Shown: positions 46,171 through 56,151 of the stretch, piece by piece
Position numbering within the stretch: position 1 is the stretch's first letter
Layout: every line of letters starts with the position of its first letter
Assembly: GCA_907165135.1 (NCBI GenBank)
Contig: OU015567.1
Span: forward strand, 4,030,001 to 4,094,000
Direction of reading: 5' to 3'
From: Oikopleura dioica
Lineage: Eukaryota > Animalia > Chordata
DNA length: 64,000 bases
Made by a program: the position numbers and the translations under genes
Notes under the pieces: model-generated
The model's input: the letters and a program-made list of their open reading frames with translations, nothing else
Databases searched by the model: none
What the model was told of the DNA's origin: nothing

Positions 46171-49099
46171 CCTCTCAATCTACCTTTACGAGCTTGCATG
46201 CTGCCAATGCGAGAGCTTCGAGAGTTTTTGCGAAGAAGAGCGCTACGGGTACACTGAGTTCTATCGCGGGAGCTACGCGCGGCTTTGCAATCCGAATCAA
46301 TTTCATGAAATCTGCGGGGATGAAGTTAGCGATCTGCCAGTTTTGAACAATCCAGCTTTGTATGCTAATCTTACGGATAATCAAGCGAAGTTTACGAGAA
46401 AAGATGAAGCAGCTTGTCCCTATTTGAAATCTTTCGATGGAACGAGGAACTATGATGAATGGTTTCACTTTATTTATCCTGCCTGCCCACCAAGGTAGAA
46501 CTTATGTTCTTTGAATTTTTTACTTCTTGTTTGCAAAAGATATTTTTGTCTAAAAAATCATCAAAAATAGATTTTTAATAAGAGGATTCGTGTTCAAAAA
46601 TTAAAGAAAAAACCATAATTTGTAGAAATTAAAGTTTTATAAGTAATTTTTATTTCGATTGATATTGAATCTATTTAATTAGTTGTATTAGGATATATTA
46701 TCTAAACCGAAGTAGAATCAATTCAAATTTGAATATTTATTACTAGAACACTCTATCGTTCTTTACAGACTTTTAGCGCGTTCGGACTCTCCCGGTCGCA
46801 GTGACGCGCTTTTTTTAAGGTTGTGCAAGTTATTTCTCTCACTTTTTCAATGAAATGCCCAGAACACCATATATATTTGGAATCAGTAGGAAAAATCTAG
46901 AAACTTGACCTTTTTAGTTTTTCGAAAATCACTTCCGGTTGCGATTCTAGAGCCGGAAGTTGACGAAATTTAGCAGTTAAGATAAAATGAGACCTATTAA
47001 ATTAAAGCCCAGAAAATTCTGAGTCATTTCATAATCAATTCAGTCGAAAAAAAAGTCTCAACCCCGGTCAGATCGACCGGTAAAATCATGAAAGGAGGCA
47101 TAAATTATTGAAATTTTCTTCATTTTTTACCGGTTAGTTTGGCCGCGGTTCGGTTAAATTCCTTTTCCAAATAACTAGAAATGTTCTAAGCTTTAATTTG
47201 GTATGTCACACGCATGAATTTCCTAGAAATCTCAACAACTTCCGGCTCTAGAATCGTAACCGGAAGTGATTTTTAAGAAACAAAAAAGGTCAAGTTTCTA
47301 GATTTTTCTTGCTGATTCCAAATATATATGGTGTTCTGGGCATTACATTGAAAAAATGGGAGAAATAACTTGCACAACCTTAAAAAAAGCGCGTCAGTAC
47401 GACTCTTCCTACTGGACCCTTTCTTCCATCCTTCCTTCTTCCTGCCTCAACCTTCAAGTCTCGTATCTCGTCATTTTCGCCATCCTCGCAACCCTCATCA
47501 CCATCGCAAACGTCCTCGTCATCCTCGTCCTTTCCCGCGACAACTTCTATCACAACTCCTACGGCGTCTACAAAATGAGCCTGGCAATAGCAGATTTGAT
47601 GATTGGCCTCATTGTCCTCCCTTGTTTAATCGGGTTGAGATTTCATGTAATGTTCAATGTCAAACTTCCCTGGCGAGAATATGGACAAGTTCCGAAATCA
47701 GCGGATTATTTCAATCAAACGACGCTCGATGTTCTCGGTTTTTTCAATATTTTTTCGCTTTGCATCTCTATTCTGACACTGACGTTTTCAAGGTAAGACA
47801 AAGAGGGTGTAAAACCGAGAACCCCTATTTTTATCATAAAAATCTACTAGTTTTGATCGATATTTGGCCGTCCGATTCCCGATGAAATACAAAAATTCCG
47901 AAACAGGCGTCAAAGTCTTGACGATCGTTTCAATCAGTATGGTTTGGATTCTCGCTCTCTTCCTTGCTATCACTCCCTGGCTCAAAGGTGGAATGCGCTA
48001 CGTACTGGGTCCGACACAGATGGTCGTCGGAGTCATTCCTGGAGCTGATGAGAATTTTCCGTATACTTATGTTTGGACGGAGATTTTCTATGCTGCGATC
48101 ATTGCTACGCCACTGGTGGTGGTTTGGATTGTCAATTCTGCTACGATTTGGGAAATTATTGGCGATGATTGCTGCGCGTTTTTCAGGAAAGAAATTAAAA
48201 GATGAAGTCGCCATGAATACGGGACTTTATCAAAATTTTTATACAAGGACACTGTTTTGTTGCGATGGAAGATTCTGCAAAACTGCTCCAAGAGAGAGCC
48301 GAAGACCATCTGCCTTTGGTCACGTGCCGAAAAAGCATCAGAAGCAAACGTTTGAGATCAGAATCGCGAAGACATTTCTTTCAATGACTGCGGGTAAGTT
48401 TTTTAAAACCATAATAGACCTTTTGATGAGAAAAGTTTATAACAAATGCGCAGAAGGTTAACTCGATTGTTATTTTAAAGACTCGTCTGTAGTTGCGTCA
48501 TTAGGACTGCCGTGTATTAGGACTCAAATTTGATTTTAACAGATTCTTTTTGAAACACGATTCCTTCCATAAATGATAAAAACTATTTATAAGCCTTTAC
48601 TCTTTCACTTCTTCCAATGGGCCTGGTCAATCTCTGGTTCTACCTCGACCCAGAATCAACAAATCCTCATAGCCTCCACTTCAACCCTCGCCTATCTGCT
48701 GCTCGCGAATTCTTCGACCTTTTCGGTAACTACCTCATCCATTTAGCAGTACTGTCAGAATTTCTCTAGCTGCCTTTTGCCTTTTTGGAAATTCGTTTCA
48801 TAACTGCTTGATTTATACAATTAGAAGTCCTCGTTTCAAGGTAAGGATCTTCTGAAAATAAACCCTTTCAAAATTGCATTTAGCGTAACATGAGCGAAAT
48901 CTGGCAAAATATCCGAATGTGTTGTCATAAAAGAGCGCAGCGCATAAGAAGATCATCAGTTTGGTCAATTTTGACGGAAAAGCGAAAGTCTTTGAGCTCA
49001 ATCACGATTCCCACTAGACTGAGTGGCAGCGAAAGTTCAGAAGAAACAGCGATCAAGGTAGCGATTCTAGCAAGTTATCGGCCAAAAAACGATTTTTAG
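46171..49099 (+). CDS. Class A (rhodopsin-like) GPCR with Cys-rich N-terminal exon; interrupted by a MITE; 5' end unresolved
   Basis: TM1 IANVLVILV, TM2 SLAIADLMIG, SFDRYLAVRFPMKY, TM4 WILAL..TPW, TM7 NSFHNCLIY. The exon ending at 46494 (phase 2, AG|GT) joins acceptor 46776 in frame with the post-MITE sequence. Confidence 0.85.
46803..47395. mobile_element. 593-bp MITE (same family as 7535-8127), TSD AGT, inserted in GPCR coding exon
   Basis: GACGCGCTTTTTTTAAGG / CCTTAAAAAAAGCGCGTC termini. AGT at 46800-46802 and at 47396-47398. Confidence 0.9.
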
Positions 49100-49226
49100 A
49101 CAATAACACCTCCCAGCAAAACTTTCAACTCCGATAGCCTTCCTTTGAGCATCGCAAATTTACAACTGCATCAAGCCCGCGAGAAATAAAACATGAACAA
49201 AAATAATAAAGTTAGAATTTGTTTAT

Positions 49227-50342
49227 TTAGTAATCAGGTCGAGAAGAGGGAACAACAACTGCTTGTTCATCGAAATAACCTTGGTAGTGAATTTCTGTCG
49301 AAATCATCATTCCCTCGTCTTCAGGGGTCATTTGCTTGATTCTCAGTTCCGCCCAGCGTCCATTTTCATCGATGGTGATTTTTGATCGGCTTCGGAGAGA
49401 TGCTGGAGCGGAGTCATAGTAGGAAAGCTGCCTGGACTTGAACAACGAATACATTTTTCCGGAGAAAAGGAAAGCTTACCTGGCCAATGTAGTTGGCAAA
49501 GACTTCACTGTTGATTCGCCAGTAAATCTTCAGCTCTCCATTTGCAGCGATGCCATTAAGCGGGAACCAGCTCATTCTAGCGACGATTGTATCTCCATTG
49601 CTGATGCGAATATCCAAGTCAGATTTCAGCGGATTGCATTCTTCAGCTTGGCAAGGCTCGGATTTTGACTAGCAAGAGCTTTCAACTAGCAATAGAGCAG
49701 ATAGTAAACGGGAAATTTTGAAGCTCTGCCTGTACGAGTTGTCCTTTATCGCCACTAGTGGAAACTGAAGATGCTCCACGAGCCATTTCGTCGACCTCGC
49801 AGGTGAGAGACTCTACTCCAGGTTGGCAGTTTCGACGTTTTTCTCTGAAAGGCTGAAAACATTACTTTCAATCATTTTGCCGAAGACCTACCATGGATCC
49901 AGTAACAGGATTGATGCAAGTAGCAGAACAAGCCGACCATTCACCCCACTCGCCCCAGGAAGGCTGTAGCCCATTTTCAACACATTTTCTCTGATTTGCC
50001 CTAATTAATCAAAATTGGTTAAAAAAATACTTTTTGTTCTTACGTTGCTGGATATTTTTTCTTGCAATCGACGACCAAATCATACAATCTCTGGCCTCGA
50101 ATTTCCTCATCAACAACCTCGTACGCCTCATTCGCATTACAGTCCTCTTCGATGCATTCTCGTTCCCAGTTTCCATCTTTGGTCTCTTCAAAAAACTGCC
50201 ATGCTCGTCGAGTTCTGCTCAAAAATGCATTTGCTTCTTGACTGTCAGCGAGAAATGGACTTGCTGAAACTCCAGCGAGAATTGTCGTCGAAATTTTCTA
50301 CGAATCGATCAAGAAAAAGTATGAAAGAAAAGAGCCTACCAT
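49227..50342 (-). CDS. Secreted Gla-domain + TSP1 + Ig-like protein
   Basis: M|KISTTILAGVSA signal; propeptide FLADSQEANAFLSRTRR; Gla domain AWQFFEETKDGNWERECIEEDCNANEAYE; TSP1 WGEWGEWSACSATC...RRNC...SEPCQAEEC; Ig-like strands IYWRIN...SKITID...AELRIKQMTPEDEG. Confidence 0.85.
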
Positions 50343-50576
50343 AGTTCTGATCTCTAGTTAGGTTCTGAACTCAATGATCCGTATGAGGACCAAGGTCTGA
50401 TTATTTGTTTTGTCTGAGTGATAGTTCAGTAGAACATCTTATTGACAATTTGACTGTTGATCCTGTTATCTTCATGTGACCATTCTTGAGAATCTTTCAG
50501 ATCGATTTTGGAACGAAATTGAAAGATATTGTCAGTCTGTTGAGTTATATTTATTGCAGTGTAGTTCTGCTCGCTT

Positions 50577-52204
50577 CTAGCAATTGTACTCCTTTCTAGA
50601 GGCATCCCAGGCATTGATGACCTTATTCCAGTTGCCATAGCCTCGAGAGGGCTTCTGACAAACGCTGTCGAAAATGGTCGCTCCATCATAATATGTTTTG
50701 GAGAAGGATTCGACGGACATGAAGTTGTCAGCTAAAATTGAAATGAAATTTTCCAACGGATTTCAGAAAAGGTCTACCTGAGGATTGTTTTTGGCCAATC
50801 TCATTTTTTTGCTCGTAAACCCACGAATAGTTGTTGTTTTCGGGCCCGTTAATTATGGTTAAAGATAAGTCGGTCCGTTAAAATTACAGTTAACTTTTGT
50901 AAGAGGACTTTTGACCAGTCCCTGTGTAACAAAATGCATGCCAGTAAAACTCTGGAATATCGATTATATTCTTTGTTGATGCAGGCCTATAGTTCATTGA
51001 CCCGTACAATCCATAAGTTCCAACAATGATCCAAACATATTCATCTTCTATTTCTCGTTCCATGAATTCCCTGACCATGCATTCGAGCTGATTCCAAGCC
51101 CCCTTGTTGAAATCGCCGAATTGTGGGCTGACATTGGTGAGGGTGAAGGTAGAGTTGGCTGCATCTTTCACTTGGTTAAGCAGGGCATTTGGCATCAGAT
51201 GGCCCCGGTCGATGCTTAAGTCTTGAGTGTTCCCCTTGTAGTCTTCGTCCTGAGTTGGTATCATAAATAATAACAAGTAATAAAGATGCACCTGTGGTTG
51301 CCATCAATCACACTCATTAGGACTCTTAACTTCGTCAAGATTGCAATAAAAAGAGGTGTCAGATGGAGGAGTGTTAGTTCCGCAAAGACCCTTGCACATC
51401 TTAAGCCAAACTGACTTAGGTCTTGGCTTGGGACCGCTGTTGGCAGGTATGAATTTGTCAGGTCTGGGGTAGGATTTTCCATTCTTCGTTCGGCTATTTT
51501 TACGATAATAAAGAGCCGGAAATGGGAAAATAGGGGGTTCACCTTATCTTGATGGCGGAGTAGACAGGCAAGTTAGTGTCCGTGTTGAATAGTGTAGCGA
51601 AGTAGTGATCTTTCCCATAGTTATTTTGACAGAGTCTTTATTGTGGTTAAGGACAAATATGATTGAGTAAAGTAACCTTCTTATACAAGTTAACTTGTTA
51701 AAACACTTTCAACACGCTTCCTGACTGTTTTACCACTTTGAGCTCCGACAAGCATATTTTGAAGAGGCCATTCTGCACCAGGTCTGAAATAATCGGGACC
51801 ACAGTTCACTGGGGTTTGCAAGCTGCTTTCTGCAGAAACTTTGTCCTGCTTTTCATTCCTAGTTACAGCTGGCATCCCATTTTCAACACAGTTACTTTGA
51901 CTCTCCCTCGTATTGTGTTTTTCTTTACAGTCATTTAGCAAATCGAACAATCTATCGCCTTGTTCCTCATCGTCAACAACCTCATACGCCTCATTTGCGT
52001 TACAGTCCTCCTCAATGCACTCTCGCTCCCAATTACCGTCTTTGAGTTCTTCCATAAACCCCCAGGCTCGTCGAGTTCTGCTCAAAAATGCATTTGCTTC
52101 TTGACTTTCAGCGAGAAAAGAGCTCGCTGCTACGCTTGTCAGGATTACGGTTGAAAGTTTCTAAGGGCCCGTAAAAGAAAAATAGTAAAAACTGACCTTA
52201 CCAT
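50577..52204 (-). CDS. Secreted Gla-domain + DNA/RNA non-specific endonuclease (ENDOD1-like) fusion; possible in-frame TGA
   Basis: M|KLSTVILTSVAA signal; propeptide FLAESQEANAFLSRTRR; Gla domain AWGFMEELKDGNWERECIEEDC. Nuclease motifs: CGPDYF...R|LCQ...YFATLFNTDTNLPVYSA, DEDY...DRGHLMP, TFTLTNVSPQFGDFNKGAWNQLE, IPEFYWHAFC. Confidence 0.85.
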
Positions 52205-52517
52205 GATCTCTTAAATGAGCTGAAATGGGAATAAATTCGAGTAAGAAGAGTCTGATTATTTGCTTCTGAACGACTGACTAAACAGAGGAACTGTTTATTT
52301 ACAACTGGTTAAACTGGAATGAAACATGCGTACTGAGTTGATCAGATGAGTTATGAAACGGCATTAGATCAAATTGAAGGTATATCCAATAAATAATTTA
52401 TTTTGAAATAAGTAATTTTCAATTGATAGAACTTTGCAACACATAATTTGTATGTTCTGTATAATCAGGCAGATTGAGTCAAGAATTTCTACAGTTCAAG
52501 TCGTTGAGGGGATGAAT

Positions 52518-52799
52518 TTAACTATTGAGGCATCCTCGGAGGCCCTGGGCGACGGACATGATCATCGCGAATGAAGCGCCCATTGTCATTGCTTGTCTAA
52601 AAAAGGATGAGCTTAGGGCTCCAGGATTAAAGTCCTCTTACCGGCTGGTATTCTTTACGAGAGCCATTCGTCGCTGCCCACCAAAGAGTCCCCCAGCAAA
52701 GCCAAGAACAGTTCCAGCGGCGCCACCAACTCCGCAGCCCATGATGCCGCCCATCATGATTGACTGAGTGCAGGGGCTCATTCCTCCGGCCTGGCTCAT
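52518..52799 (-). CDS. ROMO1: Reactive oxygen species modulator 1 / Mgr2 homolog
   Basis: MSQAGGMSPCTQSIMMGGIMGCGVGGAAGTVLG...ALVK... then second exon ...MGASFAMIMSVAQGLRGC. Matches the ROMO1 Gly-rich pattern and size. Confidence 0.85.
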
Positions 52800-52944
52800 T
52801 CTAGATCGAACAGGACCATGAGAAAAATTGAACATAGAGTTGATCTAGTAGAAAGGCAGTAGTAAGTCGTGAAAGAAAATAAGGAAAAACTTGGAAAATG
52901 TACATGTAAACTTGCACAAAAAGAAGATGTCTTGTTGTAACTTT

Positions 52945-54755
52945 CTAGCTTTCTGAAGGCTTCTCATTTGTTTCGACAGGAGGTTGGTCCGTTTCCATAG
53001 CTTCTGAAGATGATGCTTCTTCGGTTTTCACCGCATCGCTAGAAGCTGCGGCTGGAGCGGCAGTTTCTTCTGGAGCCTTGGGAGTTGGGGTTGCTTCTTC
53101 CTGGGAAACTGGTTCAGCCTTGACTGCTTGTGATTGAGCTTCCATTTTGGCAGGTTCTGAAGCTAGAGTTGGCACTTCAGCTGCTACTGGTTTATCAACG
53201 TTTCCAACGAGCTGATTCATCGCGGCAAGAGGATTTTGCGCTACAGGAGCAGCGGAAACTGGAGCAACAGGAGCTGAAGCATCTTCGGTACTGACAGGCT
53301 CTGTTTTTGGAACATCGAGAGCTTGACGTTTAGTTGGAGCGGGAATGTTCGTCTCCATCTGCTCCAATTCTGCTTCGTTCGATTCCGAGACGCCGTTATT
53401 TTCCGTCTTGATTTCTTTCTCTTCTGCTGCTGCTTGTTGCTGAGGTGGATTCTTCGCAGCTTCTTCAGCGGCCAGTTTGGCTTGTCTCTCAGCTTCAAGT
53501 TTCTTGAGACGAGCTTTTTCTTCTTCCTCTTGGCGGCGTTTTTCTTCCTCTTTTTCTCGCTGTTTTTTGAGGTCTTCTTGCTTTTTCTGAAAAAACGGCT
53601 CACCCTTTCATTCAAAGTAGCGGAAACCTACCGTGTATTCTTTGAAGTATTCTTGTGGAGTCATTTCTGCGAGTCTTTTCCACTCCTAGAAATAATTACA
53701 GTCATTATTTGACGAGAAAACAGCCGTTTACATTTTCAAGATCTTCGGAGTTCTGCTCCCATCGTCGCTTCTTTGCTTCGTGTTCCTGTTTTGCTGAATC
53801 GATGTCGTCTTTTTTCTGCGCGATGCTGTTCGTCAGGCTCTAGAATGATATTCTTAAAGGGTCTTTCATGAGTGGTTTACGTTTCTGTGGTAGTCCAAGG
53901 CTTGAATCTGGTCCGCGCGCATGATTTTCATGTGATTGTTGACATTGTTGTCGGACAAAATCTCCAGCATGTGGTACGTATTCCGGTGATATCTGAAATT
54001 CTGGTAAGGAAGGGACAGAAAGAAGGAAGTACCTCATGGCATGAACTGCTCGATTGCTGCAGCTGTTGTCATCTGTAGCGACATCGTCGATAGGCTCCAT
54101 GGAAAAGGTCATTTCGTCGTCGTCTCGGACTTCTGCCGAATCCCAGCGTTGTTTTTGCTAAAAATGACTCTTATTCCCGCTCAAAAGGAAATCATTTGGC
54201 ACTTCAAAGGCCTGAGAGTCAAACTCCAGTAGGTTCTGGAACCTGTGAATTAACCCGAGTCCTGTTTTGCCAAAGATGAATATTTTTCGACAAAGGTTGC
54301 TTCGCTCCGCGCTCAAGAAAAAGCTGAATTACCTGAAGATAGTTCTGATACTGTGGCGAGCTGTAGTATCGCTTAACAAGCTCATGATACTGCTTCTTTT
54401 CTGAAATAAAACAGTCAATTCGAAATTCAAAGAAATACAACAGACCCGCATCATATCCTTGAATAAAAGTCTCGCGTTCCTCTTCCGCCGCATCGCGCCA
54501 CATCTTCGCGATGAACTTGGAGATCTCCCACATCTTCATGTCCGGATTGTTCGTTTTCACCGTGTCCCAGTGTTTCTGAGAATATCTGACAAAGGGGGCG
54601 ACTGGTTTCTCCGGCATCTTCGGCGCCCGTGGAGCTCCGTTTCGTCCTCGATGGTGGCCAGGAGTGAAGATGATCTTTTGCTGAGCAGGGTGAGCTGGGG
54701 GAGCGTTGCCGCTAAGGTACGCTGCCATGGAACTGTTGTCATTCTTTCGCGGCAT
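52945..54755 (-). CDS. SMARCE1: SWI/SNF subunit BAF57 (HMG box, NHRLI-like domain, coiled coil, acidic tail)
   Basis: HMG box PKMPEKPVAPFVRYSQKHWDTVKTNNPDMKMWEISKFIAKMWRD. AMRYHRNTYHMLEILSD resembles the SMARCE1 ARFQRNHRLISEILS segment. Coiled coil, then Glu/Ala/Pro-rich tail. Confidence 0.85.
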
Positions 54756-54865
54756 TTTCAATCTGAAAGGATTCGATTTAGGTTTACTTAAATCTTTGCT
54801 CTTTCGGAACCATAACTCAGGTTTCATGTGATTGTATAAAGAAGAATAGATTTTCATTAAATGTA

Positions 54866-55991
54866 TTAAGAATTCAGTTCTTTTAAAAAGTCGCGAACAG
54901 TTTCAGTATTTCTTTTTTGATAATTATCCGTTTCAGATAAAAGAGCAATTTTATATGCTTCATCTGCTTGCATCCCTTCGTCGTAGATAAACTCCTGTAA
55001 GCCAGGGAAATTCCTGAGAATGAGGACTAATTCTTGGCGGACTTCGATAGGGACTTCCGCTCGGCGAGAGAGAAGGAAAATAAAGAGCTTTCGTTGATTT
55101 ATCGAGCTGCCCAGGGGGATGTCTTTGAGCAAGTGAAGTGTGTAGAGAGAGAAAAGCGGGAAACGTTCCAGGTATTCAACGAAATTCTCCATCGCGAAGG
55201 CTCCTTTTGTGTAGGCTTTCTTGAGATCAGAATTTAGTAAAGTTTTGCGACAAGGTTCCTTCTGATTCAATTATAATTATTTCAATATCGTTCCAAACAG
55301 TGCGATCCCTACAGAAGCTAAGGTTTCATTTTTCGAGGTTTCTTACATCAATCTCTACCAATTAATCGTATTCTGAAGCGAGTTATGGCCTCCAGAATCG
55401 GTTTTATCCGATACGATTTCGATCTTTTCCTGATAAGCTAGTCCCCATCTTTACATCTTCAGTTTTAAACTCATTGACGACGAAGTGAAGAAAATTTCTG
55501 GCAGCGATAATTTTGAACTTCAGCTCCTCATCTTTCTTTGACTCAATTAAAATAACCTTTCCTAGAGCGAAAGTCATGATATTTTCTTTGCTTCTTTCAA
55601 GAAAGATCGGCTTTAGTTGTTCATAATCGTAGTTTTTCTCGATGATGATTTGAATGAATTCTTTTGCCGCTGATTCGCCGATTTTGAAGAGTTCGAGTTC
55701 TTTGAGGTAGTTTTCAACGACGTTGTATAAAATGCTGACAAAAACGACGGAACTAGCGAGCCAAAACGACCAAAAAGCTCGTTTCGCCGTTGTCGGAGCT
55801 TTTGAATACCCTGCGACGTCCATGGCGATTCGCTGTAATCCATGAACTCTTGCTTCTTCGGAAGGAGTTAATTGACGATTTTTGACGGAGGCTTCTGTCA
55901 GGAGCTTCGGATCCTGGACACGGAATTTGGAAGGGATGAGCGGGTTCGAACCGATTGTTGAGAAGCGTTTTGAGATCCGAATACGATGCAT
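54866..55991 (-). CDS. Hypothetical protein with basic N-terminus and one TM segment (possibly mitochondrial); two ORFs probably one gene
   Basis: ORF 55404..55991 (MHRIRISKRFST..., TM FWSFWLASSVVFVSILY) and ORF 54866..55270 on the same strand. Confidence 0.55.
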
Positions 55992-56151
55992 GAGTTCTAG
56001 GAGGTGGAAATGAAAGGACTTGGAATTGAAGAATAGTTATAAGTACAATTGATAAGAAAAGTATAATAGAATTGAATAATTCAGTTTTACAGACAGAAGC
56101 TTTTGGGTTTTATTGATTTTACAGTAAGACAAAATTATACACCTCGTCCTG

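Noticed and set aside
46801-47397. MITE as a clean GT-AG introner using its TSDs
   Set aside because: Removes 597 nt against 596 inserted, giving a -1 frameshift.
50430-50520. SECIS element for the in-frame TGA
   Set aside because: The ATGA...AA...GA spacing exists but the stem pairs poorly by eye, and it lies downstream of an AATAAA.
50426-50689. 87-aa ORF after the nuclease
   Set aside because: Alternative frame of the last nuclease exon plus 3' UTR.
53241-53712. Lys/Arg-rich and Phe/Leu-rich ORFs
   Set aside because: Off-frame and antisense shadows of the SMARCE1 low-complexity tail.
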